Assembly (NCBI GenBank): GCA_964423075.1
Contig: CAYREA010000006.1
Location: forward strand, 5,514-69,513
Length of the DNA stretch: 64,000 nt
Source of the DNA: an uncultured Rubrivivax sp.
GTDB taxonomy: Bacteria; Pseudomonadota; Gammaproteobacteria; Burkholderiales; Burkholderiaceae_C
Direction of reading: 5' to 3'
The notes below the pieces were generated by a model. It was not told the DNA's origin, made no database searches, and saw nothing but the letters and a program-made list of their open reading frames with translations. The translations under genes were made by a program, and so were the position numbers. Every line of letters begins with the position of its first letter. Position 1 is the first letter of the stretch. Positions 51,704 through 64,000 of the stretch are shown here, piece by piece.

Positions 51704-53071
51704 CTAAGCGAAGGCGCGCCGCCCGAGCAGCGCGCCGCCCAGCGCCAGCCCCATCGACAGCAGCAGCACCAGCACATAACCCGGCCGCGCACCGTCGCCC
51801 AGCAAGGTGAAGAGCGCACCCGCCACCGCCAGCGTGGCGCTGCTGCACAGCGCGTCGCTGAGCTGCAGTGCCGAGGCGTTGCCGCCCTGCTCGCCGGGTG
51901 CGGACAGGCTCAGCGTCAGCACCGACAGCATCGGGAAGCTGAGCCCGATGCCGAAGCCTGCCAGCGCCCAGCCCGCCACCAGCAGCCAGGCCGAGTGCGC
52001 CAGCAGCATCTGCGCGGTGACGAGCGCCAGCCCGCCGGCCACCAGCGCAAAACCGGCCTGCAGGCCGCGGCGGCGGCTGCGGCTGGCGCCGATGCGCGCC
52101 TGCACCGCGCTGCTGGCGCTCCACAACACGGCACCGACGCTCAGGGTCAGGCCGGCCTGCGCCAGCGTCCAGCCCTGTTCACGCGTCAGGTACAGCGGCA
52201 GGAAGACTTCGGCGCTGGCGAAGGCCGAGGCCAGCAGGCCGCGCAGCGCGATCACGGCGGGCAACCCCGGCCGCGCGCCCAGGCTGCCACGCGGCAACAG
52301 GTGCTGCGCCGCCGCGCCGGCCGCCACCAGCCCCAGCAGCAGCGCCGCCAGCATCCACGCCAGCGCGCCCGCCTTGCCGGCCGCGTGCAGCAGCAGCGCA
52401 CCCGAGGCGCCAAGCAGGGCCCAGCCCACCAGCGCACGCGGCGCGCCGGCTGCCCCCGGCGCGTGCACCGGCCTGGGCAGGCGCGCGAAGGCTGGCAGCA
52501 GCAGCCAGGCAGCCAGCGGCACCGCCGCAGCCACCACCAGGAACACCGAGCGCCAGCCCAGCTGGCCCACCAGCCAGGCCGCCAGCAGCGGGCCCACCAG
52601 GCCGGGCAAGACCCAGGCGGCCGCCAGCAGCGCGAACAGGCGCGGGTGCAGGGCCTGCGGCACCAGCTGCCCCATGCCGACGTACAAGGCCACGCCCAGC
52701 ATGCCGCCGCCCAGGCCCTGCACGATGCGCCCGGCCACCAGCCAGCCCATGCCGGGCGCGAAGCCGGCCAGCAGCAGGCCGGCCGTGAACACCAGCAGGC
52801 CGATGGTGGTGGCGTGCAGAGCCCCGGCGCGGTCGCTCCAGCGGCCGGCCAGCACCATGCCCAGCACCGAGCTGGCCAGCATGCCGCCGAAGGCCAGTGC
52901 GTACAGGCCAATGCCCTGCAGCGCCTCGGCGATGGCCGGCATGGCGGCGGCCACGGCCATGGCCTCGAAGGCCAGCAGCGACACCAGCGCCACCGCGCCG
53001 ATGCTGGCGCCGGCCAGGCCGCGGCTGAAGAGGGTCTGCGGGGGCGTCATGGGCAGGGCGATGGTAGTCAT
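51704..53071 (-). CDS. MFS efflux transporter (probable SoxR target)
   Basis: GRWSDRAG motif A, GRIVQGLGGG, many TM segments; divergent from soxR. Confidence 0.88.
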   Translation of the reverse strand: MTTIALPMTPPQTLFSRGLAGASIGAVALVSLLAFEAMAVAAAMPAIAEALQGIGLYALAFGGMLASSVLGMVLAGRWSDRAGALHATTIGLLVFTAGLLLAGFAPGMGWLVAGRIVQGLGGGMLGVALYVGMGQLVPQALHPRLFALLAAAWVLPGLVGPLLAAWLVGQLGWRSVFLVVAAAVPLAAWLLLPAFARLPRPVHAPGAAGAPRALVGWALLGASGALLLHAAGKAGALAWMLAALLLGLVAAGAAAQHLLPRGSLGARPGLPAVIALRGLLASAFASAEVFLPLYLTREQGWTLAQAGLTLSVGAVLWSASSAVQARIGASRSRRRGLQAGFALVAGGLALVTAQMLLAHSAWLLVAGWALAGFGIGLSFPMLSVLTLSLSAPGEQGGNASALQLSDALCSSATLAVAGALFTLLGDGARPGYVLVLLLSMGLALGGALLGRRAFA

Positions 53072-53098
53072 GGCGGTGGCGGCGTTATGAAGGCGCGC

Positions 53099-53129
53099 AG
53101 AATAGGACCTCAAGTCAACTTGAGGTCAA
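53099..53129 (-). promoter_or_regulatory. SoxR box in a 19-bp-spacer MerR-type promoter
   Basis: GACCTCAAGT-CA-ACTTGAGGTC (53106-53127); minus strand TTGACC-19-TATTCT. Confidence 0.93.
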
Positions 53130-53132
53130 GCG

Positions 53133-53591
53133 ATGGCCGAGACCCCTTCGATGCTGAGCGTGGGTGAGCTGGCGGCGCGTGCCGGCGTGGCGGTGTCGGC
53201 GCTGCACTACTACGAAACGCGCGGGCTGATCCAGGCCCAGCGCAGCGGCGGCAACCAGCGCCGCTACCCGCGGGCGGCGCTGCGGCGCGTGGCCTTCATC
53301 CGCGCCGCGCAGCAGCTGGGCGTGGGGCTGGCCGAGATCAGCGAGGCACTGGCCGCGCTGCCGCAGCAGCGCACGCCCACCAAGGCCGACTGGGCGCGCC
53401 TGTCCGCCCGCTGGCGCGCGCAGCTGGACGCCCGCATCACCGCGCTGCAGGCCCTGCGTGACCGGCTCGACGGCTGCATCGGCTGCGGTTGCCTGTCGCT
53501 GAAGGCCTGCGCGCTGTACAACCCGCAGGACGCCTGCGCGGCGCAGGGCAGCGGGGCGCAGCGCCTGCCGCCGGCGCCGGCCGGGGGCTGA
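53133..53591 (+). CDS. soxR: Redox-sensitive transcriptional activator SoxR
   Basis: MerR HTH; [2Fe-2S] motif CIGCGCLSLKAC. Confidence 0.96.
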   Translation: MAETPSMLSVGELAARAGVAVSALHYYETRGLIQAQRSGGNQRRYPRAALRRVAFIRAAQQLGVGLAEISEALAALPQQRTPTKADWARLSARWRAQLDARITALQALRDRLDGCIGCGCLSLKACALYNPQDACAAQGSGAQRLPPAPAGG

Positions 53592-53605
53592 AGCAGCGCC
53601 CGCGC

Positions 53606-54496
53606 TCAGCCCGGTGAACCGTCGACGCAGCGGAACTCGGCCACCTGCGCGGCTTCGGCGCGCGGCTGGCCGAAGGCAATCCAGCCATGGCCCATCAGCG
53701 TCAGCTCTTCGTGGTGCACGCGGATCTCGGGCCGGCCCTCGAAGCTGACGTAGCTGCCGTTGGCGCTGTGGTCGGCCAGCACGAAGTGTTCGCGCCGCCG
53801 TTCGATCATCGCGTGGGCGCGCGACACGTTGCGGTCGCGGATGGCGAAGTCGGCCTCGAGGTCGCGGCCCACCGTCACCTTGCGGCGCTCGGGGCCCATT
53901 TCGATGTGCACGCCGCCCAGGTCCAGCTGCAGCAGCGCGCTGGTGTGGCCGGGTGCAGCGTGCACCGCGGCGATCACGGTCTTCTCGTCGCCCGGGGGCT
54001 GCCAGCCGATCTCGATCAGCTCCACCTCCTCGGCCTTGCCCTTCACGGGCACGCTGTAGAGCAGGTGCAGCTCGGCGAGGTAGCGCTCGGACAGGCGCCG
54101 GGCGGTGTCGCGGTCGGTGACGATCTGGCCGCGCGAGGCCAGGTCGCACAGGCGCGAGGCCAGGTTGACGGTGTCGCCGAACACGTCGTGGTCGTGCGCG
54201 ACCACGGGGCCGAAGCGCAGCCCGATGCGCAGGCCCAGGCGCACGCCGGCCTTGGGGCCGAGCGCGTCGACGCGGGTCTGCATCGCGATGGCGGCCGCGG
54301 CGGCATCGTCGCTGCTCGGGAACACCGACATCACCGCGTCGCCGATGGTCTTGATGACGCGGCCGCGCGCTTCGGTGGTGCAGGCCGACATCACGCCCAG
54401 GCAGCTCTCCACCAGGCCGAAGGCGCGCTCGTCGCCGAGCACTTCGTAAAGGGCCGTGCTGCCGGCCACGTCGGCGAACAGGACTGCGCAATCCAT
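53606..54496 (-). CDS. Class III nucleotidyl cyclase with C-terminal FHA domain
   Basis: LFADVAGST, IKTIGDAVM, DVFGDTVNLASRL; FHA motifs VGR, VSRAHA, SANG. Confidence 0.9.
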   Translation of the reverse strand: MDCAVLFADVAGSTALYEVLGDERAFGLVESCLGVMSACTTEARGRVIKTIGDAVMSVFPSSDDAAAAAIAMQTRVDALGPKAGVRLGLRIGLRFGPVVAHDHDVFGDTVNLASRLCDLASRGQIVTDRDTARRLSERYLAELHLLYSVPVKGKAEEVELIEIGWQPPGDEKTVIAAVHAAPGHTSALLQLDLGGVHIEMGPERRKVTVGRDLEADFAIRDRNVSRAHAMIERRREHFVLADHSANGSYVSFEGRPEIRVHHEELTLMGHGWIAFGQPRAEAAQVAEFRCVDGSPG

Positions 54497-54547
54497 GGCT
54501 GTCCTCCCAGGGCTCGGCCCATTCTCGTGCCGCCCACCCCTGGCTGC

Positions 54548-54561
54548 TTGACCTGGATTAA
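54548..54561. promoter_or_regulatory. FNR/CRP-family box between divergent genes
   Basis: TTGACCTGGATTAA; -10-like hexamers 21 nt away on both strands (CAGATT at 54583; GAGAAT on minus from 54526). Confidence 0.55.
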
Positions 54562-54597
54562 GCCGCCGGCGCCGATGCGTGCCAGATTGGCGGAATC

Positions 54598-56106
<1,509 letters not shown>

Positions 56107-56109
56107 GCC

Positions 56110-57522
56110 ATGGGCGCCTGGCGCATCCCGGCACGGCGCTCGGCGGCGGTGCTGCTGCTGGCGCTGGGGCTGGAGTTGCTGGCCGGGCAGCTGGCGCTGC
56201 GCGGCCTGCACCAGGTGGCGGTGCTGGTGCTGGGCCTGGTGCTCGTGCACTTGGGCGGCCTGATCTTCTTCCGCGTGCTGCTGCCGGCGCTGCACGTGGC
56301 GGCGCCGCGCATCCTGGAAGACGTGGCCGTCTTCGGCGGCTATGTGCTGTGGAGCCTGGTGCGGCTGTCGGAGGCCGGCGTCGAGCTGTCGGGCCTGGTG
56401 GCCACCTCGGCGCTGATCACGGCCGTGGTCGCGTTCGCGATGCAGGACACGCTGGGCAACATCCTGGGCGGGCTGGCGCTGCAGCTGGACGATTCCTTCG
56501 AGCTCGGCGACTGGCTGCTGCTGGACGGCGTGAGCGGCCGCGTGGTGCAGATCCAGTGGCGCTTCACGGCGCTGCTCACGCGCAATGGTGAGCGCGTGGT
56601 GGTGCCCAACGGGCAGCTCATGAAAGCCAGGTTCAGCGTCGTCGGCGCAGCCGAGCCGGGTGCGGGTGCGGGTGTTTTGCGGCGCTGGGTGGGCTTCCAC
56701 ATCGGCGACCAGGTGCCGCCTTCCGCCGTGACCGCCGCCGCCGAACACGCGCTGGTTGATGCCGAGATCCCCAACGTCGCCCGCACACCGGCACCGTCCT
56801 GCGTGGTGATGGACTTCGCGCCCGGCTCGCTGCGTTACGCCCTGCGCTACTGGCTGCTGGACCCTCGCGACGACGACGCCACCGATTCCGCCGTGCGCAC
56901 CCACCTGCACGCCATGCTGCAGCGCCAGGGCTGGCGCATCGCCTTGCCCGGCCAGGCCGTGCACCTGCTGCAGGACGACGCCGCGCAGCGCGAAGCCGCC
57001 TGGCAGCACGAGCTGGCGCGGCGCGAGCAGGCGCTGGCCGCCATCGACCTGTTCGCCCCGCTCGACGGGGCCGAGCGTCGCCACGTGGCCGCGCGCCTGG
57101 TGCACGCACCCTTCGTGCGCGGCGACGTGATGACGCGCCAGGGTGCGGTGGCGCACTGGCTCTACATCATCGCCAGCGGCGAGGCCGACGTGGTGCTCGA
57201 AACGCCAGGCGGCGAGCGGCGCACGCTCAAGCACCTGCCGGCGGGCAGCCTGTTCGGCGAGATGGGCCTGATGACGGGCGCACCGCGCTCGGCCACGGTG
57301 CTGGCCGCCACCGACGTGGACTGCTACCGCCTCGACAAGGCCGGCTTCGAGGAAGTGCTGCACGGCCGCCACGAGATTGCCGAGAGCATGTCGCACATCC
57401 TGGCGCAGCGGCAGCACGAGAACGAGGCGTTGCAGGACACGCTGCGCCAGCAGCCGGCCGGGCCGGGCGCACACCGGGCGGCGATCCTGGCGCGCATGCG
57501 CGAGTTCTTCGGGCTGGGCTAG
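56110..57522 (+). CDS. MscS-family channel with a cyclic-nucleotide-binding domain (bCNG-like)
   Basis: FAMQDTLGNILGG, FELGDW, VVPNG; phosphate-binding cassette FGEMGLMTGAPRSATV. Confidence 0.9.
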   Translation: MGAWRIPARRSAAVLLLALGLELLAGQLALRGLHQVAVLVLGLVLVHLGGLIFFRVLLPALHVAAPRILEDVAVFGGYVLWSLVRLSEAGVELSGLVATSALITAVVAFAMQDTLGNILGGLALQLDDSFELGDWLLLDGVSGRVVQIQWRFTALLTRNGERVVVPNGQLMKARFSVVGAAEPGAGAGVLRRWVGFHIGDQVPPSAVTAAAEHALVDAEIPNVARTPAPSCVVMDFAPGSLRYALRYWLLDPRDDDATDSAVRTHLHAMLQRQGWRIALPGQAVHLLQDDAAQREAAWQHELARREQALAAIDLFAPLDGAERRHVAARLVHAPFVRGDVMTRQGAVAHWLYIIASGEADVVLETPGGERRTLKHLPAGSLFGEMGLMTGAPRSATVLAATDVDCYRLDKAGFEEVLHGRHEIAESMSHILAQRQHENEALQDTLRQQPAGPGAHRAAILARMREFFGLG

Positions 57523-57540
57523 CGCCGGCCGGTACGCCGC

Positions 57541-58662
<1,122 letters not shown>

Positions 58663-58694
58663 CGGGGGTCTCCTCGTTGTTCGTGCTTGTGGTT

Positions 58695-59672
58695 TCACGG
58701 GGCAGGCAGCGGGGCCGGCGATATCAGCCGCCCATCGCTGAAGAAACTCTGCAGGTTGTCGAACACGCGGTCGGCCATGGCCTGGCGGGTCTCGACGGTG
58801 GCGCTGGCGATGTGCGGCAGCAGCACCACGTTGTCCAGCGCCAGCAGTTCGGCGGGCACCTCCGGTTCGTGCTCGAACACGTCCAGGCCGGCGCCCGCGA
58901 TGCGCTTCTCGGCCAGGGCACGCACCAGCGCGGGTTCGTCGACCACGCTGCCGCGCGAGACGTTGACGAGGAAACCACGCGGCCCCAGCGCGGCCAGCAC
59001 CTCGGCGTTGATGAGGTGGCGCGTGCCGGCGCCGCCGGCGGCGATGACCACCAGGTAATCGGCCCATTCCGCCAGCGCCAGCAGCGAGGGTTCGTGCGGC
59101 CAGGGTGCATCAGGCACCGGCCGGCGGTTGTGGTAACGCACGCTCATGTCGAAGCCCAGGGCGCGGCGCGCCACGGTGCTGCCGATGCGGCCCAGGCCGA
59201 CGATGCCCAGCTTCGCGCCGCTGACTTTTCGCCCCAGCGGAAAAGGCGCCGTGGCCGGCGAACCCGCACCGCGCCAGGCGCCGCGGCGCACGTAGCGGTC
59301 GGCGGCGCTCAGGCCGCGCGCGGCGTCGAGCATCAGGCCGAATGCGGCGTCGGCCACGCAGTCGTTGAGCACGTCGGGCGTGTAGCCGACGGCAATGCCG
59401 CGCTGCGCGGCCGCCGCCAGGTCCAGCTTGTCCAGGCCGACACCGAAGCTGGAGATCACGCGCAGCTTCGGCAAGGCGCCGATCAAGGCCGCACTGGCGC
59501 CCACGGCGGCCGAGGTGACGAGGCCTTCGAACTCACCACCCCGCGCGGCGAGGAAGGCCGCGCGGTCAGGCTCCTCGTGCAGGCGGTGCACGTCGAAGGC
59601 CTCGGCCAGGCGCGCTTCCAGCGCGGGCAGCAGCTTCAGGTTCTGCAGCAGTCGGGGTCTTGTTCCGCTCAT
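58695..59672 (-). CDS. D-2-hydroxyacid dehydrogenase
   Basis: GIVGLGRIG, NVSRGSVV, GLDVFEHEP, PHIAS. Confidence 0.92.
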   Translation of the reverse strand: MSGTRPRLLQNLKLLPALEARLAEAFDVHRLHEEPDRAAFLAARGGEFEGLVTSAAVGASAALIGALPKLRVISSFGVGLDKLDLAAAAQRGIAVGYTPDVLNDCVADAAFGLMLDAARGLSAADRYVRRGAWRGAGSPATAPFPLGRKVSGAKLGIVGLGRIGSTVARRALGFDMSVRYHNRRPVPDAPWPHEPSLLALAEWADYLVVIAAGGAGTRHLINAEVLAALGPRGFLVNVSRGSVVDEPALVRALAEKRIAGAGLDVFEHEPEVPAELLALDNVVLLPHIASATVETRQAMADRVFDNLQSFFSDGRLISPAPLPAP

Positions 59673-61006
59673 CAGCGCTCCAGCGCTGGACGCTTGGGGT
59701 TGAAGGTCCAGCCCGGAATGAGGAACTGCATCGCCACCGCGTCGTCGCGCGAGCCCAGGCCGTGCTGCAGGTAGAGCTGGTGCGCCTTTTCCACCTCGAC
59801 CATGTCCAGCTCCACACCCAGGCCGGGCTTCTTCGGCACCTGCACCAGGCCGCCCTGGATCTGCAGCGGCTCTTTCGTCAGGCGCTGGCCGTCCTGCCAG
59901 ATCCAGTGCGTGTCGATGGCGGTGACATGGCCCGGTGCGGCCGCGCCGACATGCGTGAACATGGCCAGCGAAACGTCGAAGTGATTGTTCGAGTGCGAAC
60001 CCCAGGTCAGGCCCCAGTCGCGGCAGGTCTGGGCCACACGCACCGAGCCGGCCATGGTCCAGAAATGCGGGTCGGCCAGCGGAATGTCCACCGACTGCAG
60101 CGACAGCGCGTGGCTGAGCTGGCGCCAGTCGGTGGCCACCATGTTGGTGGCGGTGGGCAGGCCGGTGGCGCGGCGGAATTCGGCCATCACCTCGCGGCCC
60201 GAGTAGCCGTCTTCGGCGCCGCAGGGGTCTTCGGCGTAGGCCACGATGCCGTGCATGTCGCGCATCAGGCGGATGGCGTCTTTCAGCAGCCAGCCGCCGT
60301 TGGGGTCGAGCGTCACGCGGGCCTTGGGGAACCGTTCGTGCAAGGCGCGGATGGCTTCCACTTCCTCGTCGCCGCGCAGCACGCCGCCCTTGAGCTTGAA
60401 GTCGTTGAAGCCGTAGCGCTCGTGCGCGGCCTCGGCCTGGCGCACGATGGCCTGGGGCGTCAGCGCGGTCTCGTGGCGCACGCGGAACCAGGCGTTGGGT
60501 GCACCCGGTTCGCTGGCATAGGACATGTCGGTCTTGCCCTTGTCACCGACGTAGAAGAGGTAGCCCAGCATCTCCACGGCGTCGCGCTGCTGACCTTCAC
60601 CCAGCAGCGCGGCCACCGGCACGCCCAGGTGCTGGCCCAGCAGGTCAAGCAGCGCCGATTCGATGGCGGTGACGGCGTGGATGGTGGTGCGCAGGTCAAA
60701 GGTCTGCAGGCCACGGCCACCGGCGTCGCGGTCGGCGAACTGGCGCTGCACGGCCTGCAGCAGGCGCTGCTGCGAACCCAGCGGCTGGCCGACGATGAGC
60801 CCGCGCGCGTCTTCCAGCGTCTGGCGGATCTTCTCGCCGCCGGGCACTTCGCCCACGCCGGTATGGCCGGCACTGTCGGTCAGGATCAGCAGGTTGCGCG
60901 TGAAGTAGGGGCCGTGCGCACCACTCAGGTTGAGCAGCATGCTGTCGCGGCCGGCGACGGGGATCACACGCAAGGCGGTGATGAGGGGTGTGGAGGGGAT
61001 ACTCAT
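59672..61006 (-). CDS. gudD: Glucarate dehydratase (enolase superfamily)
   Basis: [45 protein letters not shown]. Confidence 0.9.
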   Translation of the reverse strand: MSIPSTPLITALRVIPVAGRDSMLLNLSGAHGPYFTRNLLILTDSAGHTGVGEVPGGEKIRQTLEDARGLIVGQPLGSQQRLLQAVQRQFADRDAGGRGLQTFDLRTTIHAVTAIESALLDLLGQHLGVPVAALLGEGQQRDAVEMLGYLFYVGDKGKTDMSYASEPGAPNAWFRVRHETALTPQAIVRQAEAAHERYGFNDFKLKGGVLRGDEEVEAIRALHERFPKARVTLDPNGGWLLKDAIRLMRDMHGIVAYAEDPCGAEDGYSGREVMAEFRRATGLPTATNMVATDWRQLSHALSLQSVDIPLADPHFWTMAGSVRVAQTCRDWGLTWGSHSNNHFDVSLAMFTHVGAAAPGHVTAIDTHWIWQDGQRLTKEPLQIQGGLVQVPKKPGLGVELDMVEVEKAHQLYLQHGLGSRDDAVAMQFLIPGWTFNPKRPALER

Positions 61007-61176
61007 GCAAAGGCCCTGGCGCGTAGGGGCTGCCAAGTTAGGGCCACGCGCAGCCCTGGGCAAGGGTGCTGGCCCAGGGCTTACCCTGATCGAAGGTCGT
61101 GCTGTCCCACGCCTTAGGCCCCGGGGCCCGGGGTCTGGTCTTGCACACACTCCGAGCGCCCCTGAAACTGTCTGAC

Positions 61177-61569
61177 ATGCCCTTCGAACTGACCTGGGAG
61201 CCCCGCGGCGTCTATCGCCGCTACCACGGCGACGTGAGCATCGCCGAGCGCCGCCATTCACTCGAGCTGATCTGCGGCGACCCGCGCTTCGACGACCTGC
61301 GCTACGCGATCACCCACTACCTGGACGTGCAAAGCTACGAGATCAGCCGCCAGGCCACCGCCGAGATTGCGGCGCTGCACATCGCGCCGATGCGCACCAA
61401 CCCGGACATCGTGGTGGCGGCGGTGGCAGTGGACGAGAAGGTGATCGAAGAGATCCGGCACTTCATCTCGCTGGGCTTCATCAGCCAGCCGTATCGGGTG
61501 TTCGCCACGGTGCAGGCCGCGAGAGCCTGGGTGGCTGAGCAAACGCAAGCCGGCGAACGAGCCCCATGA
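61177..61569 (+). CDS. Hypothetical protein, possibly STAS/SpoIIAA-like fold
   Basis: Good codon bias; C-terminal [14 protein letters not shown] resembles SpoIIAA-like proteins; ATGA overlap with the next gene. Confidence 0.65.
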   Translation: MPFELTWEPRGVYRRYHGDVSIAERRHSLELICGDPRFDDLRYAITHYLDVQSYEISRQATAEIAALHIAPMRTNPDIVVAAVAVDEKVIEEIRHFISLGFISQPYRVFATVQAARAWVAEQTQAGERAP

Positions 61570-63287
61570 ACGACAACGATGCCACCGGCCTGAAGAAGGG
61601 CCTCACCAGCTACGGCGACCCCGGCTTCTCGCTGTTCCTGCGCAAGGCCTTCATCAAGGGCGCGGGCTACACCGACGACGCGCTGAACCGGCCCGTGGTG
61701 GGCATCGCCAACACGGGCAGCAGCTACAACCCCTGCCACGGCAACGCGCCGCAGCTGGTGGAAGCCGTCAAGCGCGGGGTGATGCTGGCCGGTGGGCTGC
61801 CGATGGAGTTCCCCACCATCTCGCTGCACGAGAGCTTCGCCGCGCCGACCAGCATGTACCTGCGCAACCTGATGTCGATGGACACCGAGGAGATGCTGCG
61901 TGCACAGCCGATGGACGCCGTGGTGCTGATCGGTGGCTGCGACAAGACCGTGCCGGCGCAGCTGATGGGTGCCGCGTCGGCCGGCATCCCGGCGATCCAG
62001 CTGATCACAGGCTCGATGCTCACCGGCAGCCACCGCGGCGAACGTGTCGGCGCCTGCACCGACTGCCGCCGCTACTGGGGCCGCTTCCGCGCCGGCGAGA
62101 TCGACGCCGACGAAGTGGCCGAGGTGAACACCCAGCTCGTGGCCAGCGTGGGCACCTGCTCGGTGATGGGCACGGCCAGCACCATGGCCTGCGTCGCCGA
62201 AGCACTGGGCATGACCCTGCCCGGCGGCGCGTCGCCCCCGGCCGTGACGGCCGACCGCATGCGCATCGCCGAGCAGAGCGGCGCGCAGGCCGTGCAGATG
62301 GCGCACGACGGCCTGGGCATCGGAAAGATCCTGACCCGCGCCGCCTTCGAGAACGCCCTGCGCGTGCTGCTGGCCATCGGCGGATCGACCAACGGCATCG
62401 TGCACCTGGCCGCCATTGCCGGGCGCATGGGCCTGGAGATCGACCTGGCCGCGCTCGACCGCATGGGCCGCGAAACCCCCGTGCTGCTGGACCTGAAGCC
62501 TTCGGGGCAGCACTACATGGAGGACTTCCACCACGCCAGCGGCATGGCCACGTTGCTGCGCGAGCTCAAGCCGCTGCTGCGGCTGGAGGCGATGACGGTG
62601 ACCGGCCGCTGCCTGGGCGATGAGATCGAACGTGCGGGCCCCGGCTTCGCGCAAGGCGTGGTGCGGCCGCTCAGCCGGCCGATCTACCCACAAGGCGGCA
62701 TCGCGGTGCTGCGCGGCAACCTGGCCCCGGGCGGCGCCCTCATCAAGCAGTCGGCGGCCGACCCGCGGCTGATGGAGCACGAGGGCCGGGCCGTGGTCTT
62801 CGAGAACGTCGAGGATTTGCTGACACGCATCGACAGCGACGACCTGGACGTGACGGCGCAAGACCTGCTGGTGCTGAAGAACATCGGCCCCAAGGGTGCG
62901 CCCGGCATGCCCGAGACGGGCTACATCCCGATCCCGCGCAAGCTGGCGCGCGCGGGCGTGAAGGACATGGTGCGCATCTCCGACGGGCGCATGAGCGGCA
63001 CGGCATTCGGCACCATCGTCCTGCACGTCACGCCGGAAGCGGCCGTCGGCGGCCCGCTGGCCCATGTGCACAACGGAGACCGCATCCGCCTGAGCGTGCA
63101 GAACCGCGAGATCACGCTGTGCGTGCCCGACGAAGAGCTGGCGCGCCGCGCGGCGGCGTCACCGGTGGTGGAGCCTAGCGCGGAGCGCGGTTACCGCAAG
63201 CTGTTTCTGCAGGCGGTGACCCAGGCCGACCAGGGCGTGGACTTCGACTTCCTGCGCGCTCCGAACATGGTGGGCAAGGTCCCTTGA
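61566..63287 (+). CDS. IlvD/Edd-family dehydratase (probably sugar-acid)
   Basis: NPCH, GCDKT, GTCSVMGTASTM, GGSTN, PGMPE, DGRMSGT. Confidence 0.92.
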   Translation: MNDNDATGLKKGLTSYGDPGFSLFLRKAFIKGAGYTDDALNRPVVGIANTGSSYNPCHGNAPQLVEAVKRGVMLAGGLPMEFPTISLHESFAAPTSMYLRNLMSMDTEEMLRAQPMDAVVLIGGCDKTVPAQLMGAASAGIPAIQLITGSMLTGSHRGERVGACTDCRRYWGRFRAGEIDADEVAEVNTQLVASVGTCSVMGTASTMACVAEALGMTLPGGASPPAVTADRMRIAEQSGAQAVQMAHDGLGIGKILTRAAFENALRVLLAIGGSTNGIVHLAAIAGRMGLEIDLAALDRMGRETPVLLDLKPSGQHYMEDFHHASGMATLLRELKPLLRLEAMTVTGRCLGDEIERAGPGFAQGVVRPLSRPIYPQGGIAVLRGNLAPGGALIKQSAADPRLMEHEGRAVVFENVEDLLTRIDSDDLDVTAQDLLVLKNIGPKGAPGMPETGYIPIPRKLARAGVKDMVRISDGRMSGTAFGTIVLHVTPEAAVGGPLAHVHNGDRIRLSVQNREITLCVPDEELARRAAASPVVEPSAERGYRKLFLQAVTQADQGVDFDFLRAPNMVGKVP

Positions 63288-63303
63288 GCGCGGGCCTTGT
63301 TGA

Positions 63304-64000
63304 TCAGCAGCGCCCGTCGCCGGTCTTCTGGTAGAGGTCGTTGCCGAAGTACAGCGCCGCCCCGTAGCCGCTGCGGTCGCGCGGGTTCATGCTCACGCGG
63401 TAGGGCAGGCTGCGCGTGCCGCCTGCGGCCGACTGCAGCAGGAGCGTTCCACCCGTCGCGTCCCCGGTGGCTGACCAGGTGCCGCCGTTGGCGCCAGCGC
63501 TGCTGGTGAGCGAGCCTGCAGAACCCGAGCTGGAGAGTTCGCCACCGGTGGTGTAGCGCCCGCTGGTGCACAGCGTCAGCCGCGCTTCGCGCGAGTAGCC
63601 GCCACCCTGCGAGATGGTGAAGAACTGGTAGTCGCCCGCGATGGGTGCCGCCTTGGGCGGGGCCGAGAAGACGAGCGAGCGCGCCAGCGCATCGACGCGC
63701 GCCTGCAGCTGCGCGAACTGCGGCGGCGTGGTGAGCCCCACCACCACCGCTGCACCACCGAAACGCGACAGCACGCCGACGCTGCGCACACGAATGGTGG
63801 TGCCGTCCTGCGCCTGGCCCTCCAGCAAGCCGGCGAAGCCCGTGGCGCCCGGCAGCTCGAAGGGCTGGGCTTCGGCAACGGGCCGGGCGACGAAGCCGGC
63901 CTCTTGTATGCCCTGGCGATAGCCGGCCAGCAGTTCTTCGCGCGAAGCGCGGGGCAGGAAGCGCACGATCATCAGGCCGGCCTCGGTGTCGGAGACGACG
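63304..64000 (-). CDS. Hypothetical protein, 5'-truncated by the window edge
   Basis: Frame is open to the edge (...VVSDTEAGLMIVRF...); beta-rich C-terminal domain (GGTWSATG). Confidence 0.65.
   Translation of the reverse strand, partial: VVSDTEAGLMIVRFLPRASREELLAGYRQGIQEAGFVARPVAEAQPFELPGATGFAGLLEGQAQDGTTIRVRSVGVLSRFGGAAVVVGLTTPPQFAQLQARVDALARSLVFSAPPKAAPIAGDYQFFTISQGGGYSREARLTLCTSGRYTTGGELSSSGSAGSLTSSAGANGGTWSATGDATGGTLLLQSAAGGTRSLPYRVSMNPRDRSGYGAALYFGNDLYQKTGDGRC

Noticed and set aside
61050-61090. GCCCTGGGC/GCCCAGGGC inverted repeat upstream of gudD as a riboswitch or ncRNA
   Set aside because: No recognisable conserved RNA motif; such repeats are common at this GC.

Overview
Very GC-rich, densely coding bacterial chromosome segment; gene content and style suggest a Burkholderiales betaproteobacterium (inference). 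About 58 CDS plus one frameshifted gene remnant. I saw no rRNA, tRNA, CRISPR array, integrase or transposase. Main blocks in order: diheme cytochrome c; RsbQ/KAI2-like hydrolase coupled to a multi-PAS hybrid kinase; pldA-panB-panC; ECF41 sigma plus AhpD-like gene, each with its own ECF41 promoter; CAT-like/DUF2785/M1-peptidase operon; a six-gene SWIM-DUF5691-YehL(MoxR)-DUF5682-VWA-DUF1697 operon; DUF2157/GDYXXLXY membrane pair; NAD salvage operon (pncA-pncB-nadE-nadM-nrtR); a LacI-controlled beta-glucan locus (three perfect operators, two Tat binding proteins, permeases, GH1, GH16, TonB receptor, flavin halogenase, decayed ABC ATPase); lgt-M16; GlxA/HD pair; PEP-CTERM protein; SoxR-MFS; a cyclase-FHA gene divergent from PPK2 and a cNMP-gated MscS channel; a sugar-acid cluster. 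Best candidates for under-described systems: the cyclase/PPK2/cNMP-channel trio sharing one FNR/CRP-type box, the YehL operon with a possible TraB/TIKI-like hydrolase, the halogenase inside a sugar regulon, and the RsbQ-PAS kinase. Family names come from motif recognition, not database searches. Many start codons were re-chosen by eye.
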